DNA of 64,000 nt from the sequence record OQ708376.1; one strand, 5' to 3'. Made by a program: the position numbers and the translations under genes. This stretch comes from Escherichia phage vB_EcoM_CRJP21. This document shows, piece by piece, positions 9,671 to 19,268 of the stretch (within the stretch, counting starts at the first letter, position 1; each line of letters begins with the position of its first letter). The notes under the pieces are model-generated. The model saw only the letters and a list, made by a program, of their open reading frames with translations. It was not told the origin of the DNA and ran no database searches.

Positions 9671-9921
9671 TGTTCAACAACGACTTATCACATTTGCGAT
9701 ATCTTATGTCTTTGGCTGATGATTTTATAAATGATCTGAAGCCAAAATATATTGGTCAAGAAGTACGATTAATAAACTCCAGAGGGTATGGAAAGTATAT
9801 TATTACTGATATGTATATTAGTGGTGGTGAATGGCGTTTTAAAATTAATACTTATCTTAAAGATGGTTCTTTTGCTGGAACACAAGTTACTAAACACACT
9901 AATATTATATGGTTGGAGTAA
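9670..9921 (+). CDS. hypothetical small protein (KY-G-V family)
   Basis: 83 aa; LKPKYIGQEVRLI. Confidence 0.45.
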   Translation: MFNNDLSHLRYLMSLADDFINDLKPKYIGQEVRLINSRGYGKYIITDMYISGGEWRFKINTYLKDGSFAGTQVTKHTNIIWLE

Positions 9922-9923
9922 TA

Positions 9924-10667
9924 ATGAAACATTTCTTAGAAGTAACCGTACCTGATGATAAAGATTTATACATTGTAGGTGATTTGCATGGTAATGGTAA
10001 ACTATGGGATGCTACAGTGAAAGAATTTGGTATTACACACAATGATTATGTTTTCAGTGTAGGTGATATTATCGACCGTGGAGAACAAAATTCAAAGCTC
10101 CTTTTTGAATTTTTGTTCGGAGAAAATCGTTACATGATTGCGGGTAATCATGAGATGATGTGCGTTGATTCGGAAACACTTCGAGATTGGTATCATTGTT
10201 GGATAAGTAATGGTGGTGATAAATTCCTTGATGAAGTTGGAGGAACAGGTATTCAATTCTTTCGTCAGTACTTGAAAGATCTCCCTATGATTATCCAAAT
10301 CAATCACCGAGGATTGAAGATTGGGTTAGTTCATGCTGGAGTTCCGTTGGAATATACAACATGGGAACGATTTGTTAATGGGACAAAATCACTTAGTGCT
10401 GATATAATTGATAAGTGCTTGTGGGATAGAAAAACATTCGATTATTGTAGAACTAATAATACATATTATGCACCTAAGTTAGATGGAGTGCATTGTGTCT
10501 TTAGTGGACATACAGCAGTTACAGACCCACTCATTTACGGTAATCGCATTTGGATTGATAGTCAGTTCTTGACGGGTGACTTAACTCTCGCTACTCCACA
10601 AAGTGGTGGAATGAGATACTTACGTAAAGAAAAAGATGAGTACTCATTCAATCGTTTCAAAAGGTAA
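9924..10667 (+). CDS. Ser/Thr protein phosphatase-family metallophosphatase
   Basis: GDLHGN, GDIIDRGEQ, GNHEMM motifs (PPP/ApaH-like); ATG 9924. Confidence 0.7.
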   Translation: MKHFLEVTVPDDKDLYIVGDLHGNGKLWDATVKEFGITHNDYVFSVGDIIDRGEQNSKLLFEFLFGENRYMIAGNHEMMCVDSETLRDWYHCWISNGGDKFLDEVGGTGIQFFRQYLKDLPMIIQINHRGLKIGLVHAGVPLEYTTWERFVNGTKSLSADIIDKCLWDRKTFDYCRTNNTYYAPKLDGVHCVFSGHTAVTDPLIYGNRIWIDSQFLTGDLTLATPQSGGMRYLRKEKDEYSFNRFKR

Positions 10668-10672
10668 TAATT

Positions 10673-10942
10673 ATGCATGATGTAGTTAAAAAATATTTGA
10701 ATGATAGATATATTATGAAAAAATCTATTAATTCTATCCTAAAAGACCATGCTAATCAAATACGTGAGATTCTATCAAATAAACTTATTGGTTGTTCAGT
10801 TGAGTTCAACTACAAAAAGAATGTCGTGAAGATTGGAGTTATTAAACGTGTAGTTGCTGTTTATGACCAAAATGTATATGTTGAAATTGAATATGATGGT
10901 AAATTATCACAATTAAGTACTGAAGATTTAACATTTTTATAA
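10673..10942 (+). CDS. hypothetical small protein
   Basis: 89-aa ORF. Confidence 0.45.
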   Translation: MHDVVKKYLNDRYIMKKSINSILKDHANQIREILSNKLIGCSVEFNYKKNVVKIGVIKRVVAVYDQNVYVEIEYDGKLSQLSTEDLTFL

Positions 10943-10952
10943 GGAAATAGAA

Positions 10953-11180
10953 ATGAAAGTAATTCAAGTTATGGTAGAAAAATACCAAACTGAAGATGGT
11001 CGTATTTTTGATTCAGCTAAACAAGCTGAACACCATGAACGTATTATTTCGGGTGCACGTAAAGTATGTCCTACATGTAATGGAACACAACAAGTACCGT
11101 CAGAAGATTACCGCAGCTTTTATGCTTGTCCACACTGTGATGGGAAAGGCTACGTAGAAAAACAAGAGGTATGGAAATGA
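10953..11180 (+). CDS. zinc-ribbon small protein
   Basis: CPTCNG ... CPHCDGKG, two CxxC pairs. Confidence 0.45.
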   Translation: MKVIQVMVEKYQTEDGRIFDSAKQAEHHERIISGARKVCPTCNGTQQVPSEDYRSFYACPHCDGKGYVEKQEVWK

Positions 11181-11590
11181 AATTGTATTGTTTAACTAAT
11201 ATGTACTGCCAAGGTGTCCAAGCTGGTATTCAAGCATTCCATGCTGGTGTTAAACTAATTAAAGAATATGAAGGTACTGCTTTCAGTACTATTATTGATG
11301 AATGGTACTATGAACACGAAACTATTGTAGTACTAAATGCTGGTGGACATGATAAGTTAAATTTTTATTATAACAACCTTAGCAAACAGGGAAAAGTTCC
11401 GTTTGCCAAATTCAATGAAGCTGGATTGAATGATGCTATTACCTGTGTAGCAGTACTGTGTACGTCTGAAATGATTGAAGACATGGCTGTTATGCGTATG
11501 AATCTTCCTGCTGGTGATCAACTAATGCAAGTAAAATATGGTGCATTGTTTGACACATTAAAAGCAATCAGCACAATGAGGACTATTTGA
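11171..11590 (+). CDS. possible PTH2-like (peptidyl-tRNA hydrolase 2 fold) protein
   Basis: spacing pattern of conserved Gly/Ala/His/Asp positions resembles PTH2; assignment by eye only. Confidence 0.35.
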   Translation: MEMKLYCLTNMYCQGVQAGIQAFHAGVKLIKEYEGTAFSTIIDEWYYEHETIVVLNAGGHDKLNFYYNNLSKQGKVPFAKFNEAGLNDAITCVAVLCTSEMIEDMAVMRMNLPAGDQLMQVKYGALFDTLKAISTMRTI

Positions 11591-12789
11591 TGGATTTTCC
11601 AGAGAAGTTATTTGTTGCACGTTCCTATGTAAACCACAACCAAGTTGATGGTTTTATTATCGATGCAACAAAATCACATACAAAAGCGTTTGAAACAAAG
11701 AAAGAGAGAGCAGAGTACTGGGCAAAGAAGAACAATCTTCCATCGTTATATATTGACAACGTTCCAACTACGGGATTTTGTGTAGTTGATAAATTAACAA
11801 CTCATGCACGAGAAACATATTTCACGATCCGTCACCCAGAAGGATTTGAATTTATGATTAGTGCCAAAAACATGAATGATTTAATTATCAATAACGATAT
11901 AATCAAAGGTGTTTTTGTAGACCCAATGTTTTTCAACAATAACTTAGAATTAATTAATGGTAAAACAAAAACGTTTGCTAAGTTAGTTGAAAAAGAAAAT
12001 AAAAAAGAACAACAAAAAGAAACTGTAGCAGGTCTTAAAGTTGGTGATGGTTTCACTTATCTCAAAGAAGATTACTATTACTGCGGTAAAGTTCATGCAA
12101 TTTGTATAAAGAAAACTAAAGAATTTGCATACCCCGACAAAAGTTCTGTTTATCATTTACTTTTCAACAGTACTCGTGGAACTTATGCATTGAATCAACG
12201 TTTGGATAATTACAATCTGGAACCTCGTGCACTCTTGAATAAGAAGACTACGGCAGATGAAGAAATTAAACTTGCTAATGATTTTTGGCAAAGCTATAGA
12301 ACAAACAGACATAACCCATTAGGTGAATCTAACATTCCAGTACTGGTACACAATAAATCATTTAAAGCAAAAGACCTAAAAATTAAATATGAAGAAATAA
12401 ATGTTGATGATCTTATGAATAATGGACGTTTCAACGAGAACGTACCATTTATGACTAAAGATAATGAACAAACATATCGCGTATTTTTTGGTGTAAGTAA
12501 TAATACAACGCGTAGTTATTATGGGCGTAGTGGAGATTATAATATCCATTATAATGATAAATTTGAACGCTTTAGTGCATATCCAGTTCAAATTGATGAT
12601 AATGGGATTATGGTAATGGATGTTGATATTAATGAACACTCATCATTTAGTACATGGAATGGCTATCGTTCCCCATTCTTCCCACCAAATGAACGCAAAA
12701 CATCAAGTTCTCGTTACTACCAAGATAAGCCGTGTCACGTTCAACTATCAATTAGTAATCCACTTTATATTGGAAAGTATTATCTATAA
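11587..12789 (+). CDS. hypothetical protein
   Basis: 400-aa ORF, no recognised motif. Confidence 0.5.
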   Translation: MMDFPEKLFVARSYVNHNQVDGFIIDATKSHTKAFETKKERAEYWAKKNNLPSLYIDNVPTTGFCVVDKLTTHARETYFTIRHPEGFEFMISAKNMNDLIINNDIIKGVFVDPMFFNNNLELINGKTKTFAKLVEKENKKEQQKETVAGLKVGDGFTYLKEDYYYCGKVHAICIKKTKEFAYPDKSSVYHLLFNSTRGTYALNQRLDNYNLEPRALLNKKTTADEEIKLANDFWQSYRTNRHNPLGESNIPVLVHNKSFKAKDLKIKYEEINVDDLMNNGRFNENVPFMTKDNEQTYRVFFGVSNNTTRSYYGRSGDYNIHYNDKFERFSAYPVQIDDNGIMVMDVDINEHSSFSTWNGYRSPFFPPNERKTSSSRYYQDKPCHVQLSISNPLYIGKYYL

Positions 12790-12800
12790 AGGAATATACA

Positions 12801-14219
12801 ATGAGCATTTTAGCAATTCTTGAAAGCATTAAAAATACTAGCAGTACACTAGGCAAAAAAGCTATTCTTGAACAAAATAAAGATAATGTAACTTTACAAA
12901 AAGTACTGAAATATACTCTAGACCCTTCTATCGTTAGTGGCTATAAGAAGCTCCCTGCCGCTGATGACGTATATCAACATATGACGTTAGATGAAGCAAT
13001 TGATAAGCTAGAATGCATTTACAAGCGTGATGTGACAGGAAATGCGGGGCGTGATTTCATTGCTTCAGTACTGGGTTCTGTATCTGAAGATGATCAGGAA
13101 GTTCTCCGTAAAATGCTTACTAAAAACCTTGATTGTGGTATTCAAGAAAAGAACTGCAATGATGTATTTGGTAAAGGCTTTATTAAAGACGAACCATATA
13201 TGCGTTGTTCTTTGATTGACAAAAAGACTGCAAAGAACATCAACTTCAAAGATTATGGTTACGCTATATCAGAAGTGAAAATGGATGGTCAGTACTTGAA
13301 CCACGTTGTTATTAATGGTTCATTAACTTCTACATCCCGTAATGGTAAACTATACGACTTCCTGGGTTGTCGTGATGGTGAGATGGCAGGTCTTGCTCAC
13401 ATCATCCAAAGTAAAGATGAACGTTTTAGTAGTGGTGTGGTCTTTATGGGGGAAGGTGTAGTACTGGACAATGATGGGGAAACCATTCTCCCACGCACTA
13501 CTGGCAACGGTATAATTCAGAAAGCTGGTAAAGATAGCATCAGTCAGAATGAAGCAATGCGTACTGTATTCGTTCTATGGGATGTTGTTCCATATGATGC
13601 ATTTTGTGAAGGTGTATGGGATGTAAAACGTAAAGAACGTCGCGAGATCTTAGTAGATGCAATTAACGAACTCAATAGTGATTTTGTTCGTATGGTTGGA
13701 TTCCGTAAAGTTCTAAACATCAAAGAAGCATTTGAGTACAATAGTGAACTAATGAACGAAGGTGAAGAGGGTTCAGTACTGAAATGTGAAGATGGTATCT
13801 GGAAATCTCACACTTCTCCGAAGCAGTTGAAAATGAAATTGAAAATGCAACTAGACTTGCGTATTGTTGGTTTCAATGAAGGTGAAGGTAAACGTAAAGG
13901 AAGCCTAGGTTCTTTACAACTGGAAAGTGCTTGTGGTTCATTGAAAGTTAATGTGGGTACTGGTATCAAAGAGAAAGATGCTGAATGGACATTTAAAACC
14001 ATTTGGGAAAGAATGCAAGAACTTATTGGTAAAGTGGTTACAGTTGAGTGTAATGACATTGTATTCGAGAAGCGTACTGGTGAGCCATCACTGTTCTTAC
14101 CAGTGTTTATTGAATTTAGATTTGACAAAAACACTTGTGACGACTATACTCGTATTTTAGAAATTCGTGATAGTGCTGTTGAGGTGTTCTCAAACAGTAT
14201 CATTGAATCACTTGGCTAA
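12801..14219 (+). CDS. 30: ATP-dependent DNA ligase (T4 gp30-like)
   Basis: N-terminus ILAILESIKNTSSTLGKKAILEQNKDN parallels T4 ligase; adenylation motif KMDGQ. Confidence 0.85.
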   Translation: MSILAILESIKNTSSTLGKKAILEQNKDNVTLQKVLKYTLDPSIVSGYKKLPAADDVYQHMTLDEAIDKLECIYKRDVTGNAGRDFIASVLGSVSEDDQEVLRKMLTKNLDCGIQEKNCNDVFGKGFIKDEPYMRCSLIDKKTAKNINFKDYGYAISEVKMDGQYLNHVVINGSLTSTSRNGKLYDFLGCRDGEMAGLAHIIQSKDERFSSGVVFMGEGVVLDNDGETILPRTTGNGIIQKAGKDSISQNEAMRTVFVLWDVVPYDAFCEGVWDVKRKERREILVDAINELNSDFVRMVGFRKVLNIKEAFEYNSELMNEGEEGSVLKCEDGIWKSHTSPKQLKMKLKMQLDLRIVGFNEGEGKRKGSLGSLQLESACGSLKVNVGTGIKEKDAEWTFKTIWERMQELIGKVVTVECNDIVFEKRTGEPSLFLPVFIEFRFDKNTCDDYTRILEIRDSAVEVFSNSIIESLG

Positions 14220-14238
14220 ACACTTATAGGAGGTAATT

Positions 14239-15030
14239 ATGAAATTTGTTGTAACGTCTGACGTACACGGTGGTACTGATTACCTCCATAGTGGTGATTA
14301 CAGTGATACAGTACTGATTATTGCTGGGGACTTCGATGAAGTTAAACGCAGTCGTTACCGTACTGGTATAGAATCACTATGTAAGCAGTTTAAGAATGTA
14401 GTACTGGTTCCTGGCAATCATGAATATTATGGTTCCAATATCCACAAAACGCATAAAGTACTGTCCGATATGCAAGATGAGATTCCTAATTTCATCTTTT
14501 TGCAAAACAAATTTGTATGGCTGGATGGAGTACTGCTTGTTGGTAGTACTCTGTGGACAGACTTCGATAAAGGTAATTCTTTGACGAAGTTTGATGCTCG
14601 TCTGAAGATGAACGATTACAAACATATCCGTCATGGAACAACATCAGAGCCTTGGCGTAAGAAACTGACACCAGATGATACTGAGTTTATGCATCACAAA
14701 GATAAACAATTTATCAAAAATTCTATTGACACAGTTCGCTTTATGCATGATAATGATTTCAAGGTCATCGTGGTTACCCATCACGCACCAAGTTATCAAA
14801 GTGTTTCACCAAAATATAAAAATGATTCACTGAATGGTTGTTACTGTTCCGATATGGATCAGTACATTGAAGATTTGGGTGCTGATGTTTGGATTCATGG
14901 TCATGTTCATAGTAGTTTTGACTACCACATTGGTAAGACACGTATCATTTGTAATCCACGAGGCTATGAATCATACAGTGGAGCTTGTGAGAATTTTGAT
15001 TACAATCCTAAATTTGTATTTGAAATTTAA
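14239..15030 (+). CDS. calcineurin-like metallophosphoesterase
   Basis: SDVHGG, GDFDE, GNHEYYG, THHAP, GHVH motifs. Confidence 0.65.
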   Translation: MKFVVTSDVHGGTDYLHSGDYSDTVLIIAGDFDEVKRSRYRTGIESLCKQFKNVVLVPGNHEYYGSNIHKTHKVLSDMQDEIPNFIFLQNKFVWLDGVLLVGSTLWTDFDKGNSLTKFDARLKMNDYKHIRHGTTSEPWRKKLTPDDTEFMHHKDKQFIKNSIDTVRFMHDNDFKVIVVTHHAPSYQSVSPKYKNDSLNGCYCSDMDQYIEDLGADVWIHGHVHSSFDYHIGKTRIICNPRGYESYSGACENFDYNPKFVFEI

Positions 15031-15042
15031 TGAGAGGATATT

Positions 15043-15426
15043 GTGTCATTAATTTATTTTGAACTACCAGAATATACCAATTATCCAAGCCGAGTTATTT
15101 GCTCAGTTTATAGTAATGCATATCATCACTTGTTAGTGAATAGTAATAAAGCTGTGCATTATTATCGAAATAAAGAACCACGTACATTAAAGAATCGTTA
15201 TGGGTTTGACCCAACTAACACTGAAGTTGAACTCTGTGATCTGTTCGGGGAAGTAATGGTGGTGTTGAAACGAGATATTCATCTTTTCCATACATACAAA
15301 CTTAATCAGTACTTTATGGAAACACTGTCTATACGTTCCCATGCTCCGATGATTAAAGTTGATTTGAATTATGTTGATGATAAATTGAAATATGATTTCA
15401 TTAATTCACTTGTTTATTTGGAGTAA
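15043..15426 (+). CDS. hypothetical protein
   Basis: 127-aa ORF, GTG start. Confidence 0.4.
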   Translation: MSLIYFELPEYTNYPSRVICSVYSNAYHHLLVNSNKAVHYYRNKEPRTLKNRYGFDPTNTEVELCDLFGEVMVVLKRDIHLFHTYKLNQYFMETLSIRSHAPMIKVDLNYVDDKLKYDFINSLVYLE

Positions 15427-15427
15427 T

Positions 15428-15832
15428 ATGAATATACGTTCAGTACGAATATTTTCATTTGTTGATATGAATAAAAAACACTCTTATGTGTTTGAAAATG
15501 TCAATAAGTTAAATCCTCATACGGCAAAAATGATTGAAACCATGAAGAACTTGAGTTTACATATAGAAGTTTACTATCTTCATGACGATTCTGTTTATGT
15601 ATATGATGATGGATGGTATGACGGTGTGTTTTATTATGACATTAGCACTACTGCTGATTACTACTTTCTAGTGAGTAATCCACTATTCAGTACTAAAACT
15701 TTGTTTGACATTACCGATACAAGCGTGTATGATACAAGTCATGTTGAGTTACTTAAGTTTGATCCAGTATTATTCAACAAAGAGACGGCGTATTGGATGA
15801 CTGATTTCTTTTCAAATATTCCAGTAAAATAG
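15428..15832 (+). CDS. hypothetical protein
   Basis: ATG 15428 overlapping previous stop. Confidence 0.4.
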   Translation: MNIRSVRIFSFVDMNKKHSYVFENVNKLNPHTAKMIETMKNLSLHIEVYYLHDDSVYVYDDGWYDGVFYYDISTTADYYFLVSNPLFSTKTLFDITDTSVYDTSHVELLKFDPVLFNKETAYWMTDFFSNIPVK

Positions 15833-15834
15833 TT

Positions 15835-15862
15835 TGGACATTTTAAATCTTAGTGATATAAT
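15835..15862 (+). promoter_or_regulatory. sigma70-like promoter, TGGACA-N13-TGATATAAT
   Basis: TGGACA 15835-15840, TGATATAAT 15854-15862, 35 nt upstream of ClpP-like gene. Confidence 0.5.
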
Positions 15863-15896
15863 ACTCACAACAACGAAATAATAGAGGAAATTAATA

Positions 15897-16592
15897 ATGG
15901 TTGAACAATTCATGTTTGGTGGTTATGCTAATGGCGAAGTACGTAACATTTCTATTCCTTACGTAGTTGAGAAAGTTAATGGTTCAGAACGTACATATGA
16001 TCTAGCATCTCGTATGATGCAAGACCGTATCATTTTCCTTGATACTGATTTCAATGATCAAATGGCACATATCATCAAACAACAATTGGTATGGTTAGAC
16101 TCACAAGGTGATTCCCCTATTACATTCTACATTAGTTCACCGGGTGGTTCAGTACACGCAGGTTTGGGTATTGCAGATGTTGCTAAGTCTTGTATTTCCC
16201 CAATTCGCACTGTAGTTATGGGTTATGCAGCATCAATGGGTTGCTATACACAATCTGTTATTGGGACTAAAGGTTTCCGTTTAGGTGGTAAACGCTCATA
16301 CTTCATGTGTCACCAAGTAAGTTCTGGTACACAAGGTCTAATTACAGACCAGAAGATTTCCCTACAACATTCTGATGCACTGAATACATTGTTGACCAAA
16401 GAAATTGCAGAAGCTGTAGGTGTATCACATGAACAATTACTAAAAGATGCTGACCGCGATTTGTGGTTAAATGCAGAAGAAGCACTTGAATATGGTGAAC
16501 ATGGTTTCATTGATGGTATTATTCTTGGACCACGTAACGAAGAAGGTAAGTACTTAGTTAAGCGTCGCGGCGGTGTAGAAGAGTGGGTGTAA
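15897..16592 (+). CDS. ClpP-like serine peptidase
   Basis: ISSPGGSV, catalytic Ser in GYAASMGCY and His in MCHQ aligned to ClpP. Confidence 0.75.
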   Translation: MVEQFMFGGYANGEVRNISIPYVVEKVNGSERTYDLASRMMQDRIIFLDTDFNDQMAHIIKQQLVWLDSQGDSPITFYISSPGGSVHAGLGIADVAKSCISPIRTVVMGYAASMGCYTQSVIGTKGFRLGGKRSYFMCHQVSSGTQGLITDQKISLQHSDALNTLLTKEIAEAVGVSHEQLLKDADRDLWLNAEEALEYGEHGFIDGIILGPRNEEGKYLVKRRGGVEEWV

Positions 16593-16640
16593 GATAGATT
16601 GTGATGCCTCAATATGGGGCATCATCTTTGTGGAGATTAT

Positions 16641-16931
16641 ATGAAAGTACTAGTACGTAATAATACGGAAGTAGCAAATGTATTAGAAGATTCCGATTTT
16701 ATTAATGTTGCGTTCGATCAAATTAGTGCAGTAGCACTTGAATTAAAAAATGTAGATGAATCTGAGCGTGTGCTGAATGGTTTTGCAATTGTACTTGAAT
16801 TAATGAAGGAAGTACTAATTAAAAAGAACATTAATCCAGTTGATGCGGTTCAACATGCAGAAGCTGTGCGTAAAGAACACGGTACATTCTCTGACAAAAA
16901 ATACATTCAAACTGATGAGGTAAAAGAATAA
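16641..16931 (+). CDS. hypothetical protein
   Basis: ATG 16641 after GGAG. Confidence 0.45.
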   Translation: MKVLVRNNTEVANVLEDSDFINVAFDQISAVALELKNVDESERVLNGFAIVLELMKEVLIKKNINPVDAVQHAEAVRKEHGTFSDKKYIQTDEVKE

Positions 16932-16932
16932 T

Positions 16933-17379
16933 ATGTCCAATGCACAATATAAAGATGGTTATGACGCATACAAAGCAAAAGTAGTTCTAAGTGCTGAACA
17001 GCTAAAAATGCAGCATCCATTATATCGTCAGGGCTATCGTGCAGCACAAGCAGAAGCAATGAAGAAAAATAATGTAACTTTCCCTACTACACTATATGAT
17101 ATTCCAAAACGTCCACACATTTTTAAAGCTGAATGGACTGATATTATGGCAGCGACAAAGCGTCCACGCTTTGCTAAATTACACACCGATGAAGGTCGCT
17201 GGTTGCTAATGGGGATTATGAAAGCAGTTGAGAATCAATCTCATAAGATTGTTCGTTATAAAGATGTTGTTGCTATGGTTGATAAAGCATTTGACCTTGT
17301 ACTTCAATATGGTTATGATGAAGGTGTTCTAACTGTCGCTGATTGTGAAAAATATCAGTACACCCCATATCAAAAATAA
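16933..17379 (+). CDS. hypothetical protein
   Basis: 148-aa ORF. Confidence 0.5.
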   Translation: MSNAQYKDGYDAYKAKVVLSAEQLKMQHPLYRQGYRAAQAEAMKKNNVTFPTTLYDIPKRPHIFKAEWTDIMAATKRPRFAKLHTDEGRWLLMGIMKAVENQSHKIVRYKDVVAMVDKAFDLVLQYGYDEGVLTVADCEKYQYTPYQK

Positions 17380-17388
17380 TATTGTGAA

Positions 17389-17420
17389 AAGGAATCCTAT
17401 CATGGGATTCCTATTTTTAT
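17389..17420 (+). terminator. intrinsic terminator
   Basis: GGAATCCTA / TGGGATTCC stem then TTTTT. Confidence 0.6.
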
Positions 17421-17505
17421 TGCTGTATATCAATTTTCCATTGATCATATTTTGATCTATATGAGCTAAATACCCAAGGAATCATTGTTACTAGGGTAGG
17501 TGAAT

Positions 17506-18054
17506 ATGCAGCAATATAATTTAACTGAAGAACAAAGTGATATTTTTTACCATCATATGTTTTTAATTGATGAATTTGCTTTAAAAATTAATTCCGAAGC
17601 AATTGATATATTGAAGAAATGGTATAGTTGTTATAATAAAAACAAAAAGTGGTATTGGTTTAATAGAAATATAAAATCATTTCTAAAAACAATCACATAC
17701 ACTGATAGTATTGAGTTAATACATAGTTCTATTGGATATAGTTACTTAACTAAACACAACAGTACTATGATGTTATCAGGGTTTAAAGTTGAAAGAATTT
17801 CCAAGTTAACAGGTTTGTCATTAGAAACAATTCTATATGATATTGAGAAAATTTGGAAAACTATAGAATTAATGCATAAAAATATGTCATTCATATATAG
17901 AAATTATGATATATTCACTGATGTACGACAATATCATAATAAACCGTATGTATTGGATGAAAAGTACTATAATCATATGGAAGTTTGTTCTAAACTCGTT
18001 GATGATTGGAATCTAGAGGGACATAATGAAATACACACACCTAAGTATAGATGA
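17506..18054 (+). CDS. hypothetical protein (very AT-rich, N/K/I/Y-rich)
   Basis: ORF 17500-18054; ATG at 17506. Confidence 0.45.
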   Translation: MQQYNLTEEQSDIFYHHMFLIDEFALKINSEAIDILKKWYSCYNKNKKWYWFNRNIKSFLKTITYTDSIELIHSSIGYSYLTKHNSTMMLSGFKVERISKLTGLSLETILYDIEKIWKTIELMHKNMSFIYRNYDIFTDVRQYHNKPYVLDEKYYNHMEVCSKLVDDWNLEGHNEIHTPKYR

Positions 18055-18550
18055 TACTAATATCTGGTTAGATAACATAATCAAGACATTAGAATTAATT
18101 AAACTTACATTACAAAAAACTACTGATATTGAAATTAATATTAAACAAGAAATATTAAACTATTATCATAGAAACAAATATAGCACGTTTATCTCTAAAT
18201 TAATTTATGGATTATATGATATTGAAGATATTTGCATCGGTTACAGTACTGGTATTTGCTTCACAGTTAATGGTTTAAAAAATGATTTAAATTTCAGACT
18301 TTCCGATGAAGAGCAAGATTTTCGTAGATTTTGTGATAATATTATGGATACAGATAAAATTACATTTGTTATTGAATTAAATCAAACGTGGTCCACATAT
18401 GCAGATAAACCATTTGAAATTAATGAAACAGATGTGTTAAACTATATTCGAGTTATGAAAATTCATGATTTGTGTAAAAACGCATTGTTAAGTATTGGAG
18501 CTTATAATGAAACATACGACTTGGTTGAAGATAGCAGAAGTAGTTGCTGA
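18026..18550 (+). CDS. hypothetical protein (very AT-rich)
   Basis: ATG 18026 after GAGGG. Confidence 0.45.
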   Translation: MKYTHLSIDDTNIWLDNIIKTLELIKLTLQKTTDIEINIKQEILNYYHRNKYSTFISKLIYGLYDIEDICIGYSTGICFTVNGLKNDLNFRLSDEEQDFRRFCDNIMDTDKITFVIELNQTWSTYADKPFEINETDVLNYIRVMKIHDLCKNALLSIGAYNETYDLVEDSRSSC

Positions 18551-18986
18551 GGAAAGTAAATGTATTTCACAAAAAGTTGGTTGTGTTATTGTTAAAAATA
18601 ACCGAGTATTGAGTACTGGTTACAATGGTACTCCATCAAAACAACCAAATTGTTGTGACGTGAATCAACACTTAGTCAATGATGGGTGTTTTCAAGACTG
18701 GGTTAGTGATGAAGCAAAGCATGAACATCATGAGTGGAGTAATATTCATGAAATCCATGCTGAAATGAACGCTTTACTCTATAGTTCTCCTACTGAACGT
18801 CAAGGTGCAACTCTTTACACAACACTACAACCATGTTATACTTGTTCTAAGTTGATCGCAGGTAGTGGGATTTCACGTGTAATTTATCTCAAAAATTATC
18901 CTCGTACACCACCAGAAGCTATTAAAGTACTGGAAGATGCTGGAATTATTGTTAATTGCATTTATGATAAGGGTCTTGATAAATGA
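18507..18986 (+). CDS. cd: dCMP deaminase
   Basis: zinc-binding HAEMNA ... PCYTC, N-terminal GCVIVKNNRVLSTGYNGTPS. Confidence 0.8.
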   Translation: MKHTTWLKIAEVVAEESKCISQKVGCVIVKNNRVLSTGYNGTPSKQPNCCDVNQHLVNDGCFQDWVSDEAKHEHHEWSNIHEIHAEMNALLYSSPTERQGATLYTTLQPCYTCSKLIAGSGISRVIYLKNYPRTPPEAIKVLEDAGIIVNCIYDKGLDK

Positions 18987-19240
18987 CAGTAATAATTATT
19001 ATTGCTTTTCTAATAACAGTGTTTTTCATTTTTATGTTATATATAGTTGCTATGGATGAACCTAATACTTCTTTTCGAAATTATGAAGTTCGTTTTTCTG
19101 CACAAAATAATAAGTACTATATTGTAAACTGTATACACCGTAGTGAGAAAAGGGTAACAAGTAGATTTGGATTTACCATTTATTATAAAGACCGAGTAGA
19201 AGCTGATATGATTTGTCAGAAGCTTAATACTGTAGAATAA
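18983..19240 (+). CDS. small membrane protein
   Basis: N-terminal hydrophobic helix IIIIAFLITVFFIFMLYIVA. Confidence 0.45.
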   Translation: MTVIIIIAFLITVFFIFMLYIVAMDEPNTSFRNYEVRFSAQNNKYYIVNCIHRSEKRVTSRFGFTIYYKDRVEADMICQKLNTVE

Positions 19241-19268
19241 AAAAAGGAGCCGTATGGCTCCTTTTTTG
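19239..19268. terminator. bidirectional intrinsic terminator
   Basis: AAAAAA-GGAGCC-gtat-GGCTCC-TTTTTT between convergent genes. Confidence 0.65.
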
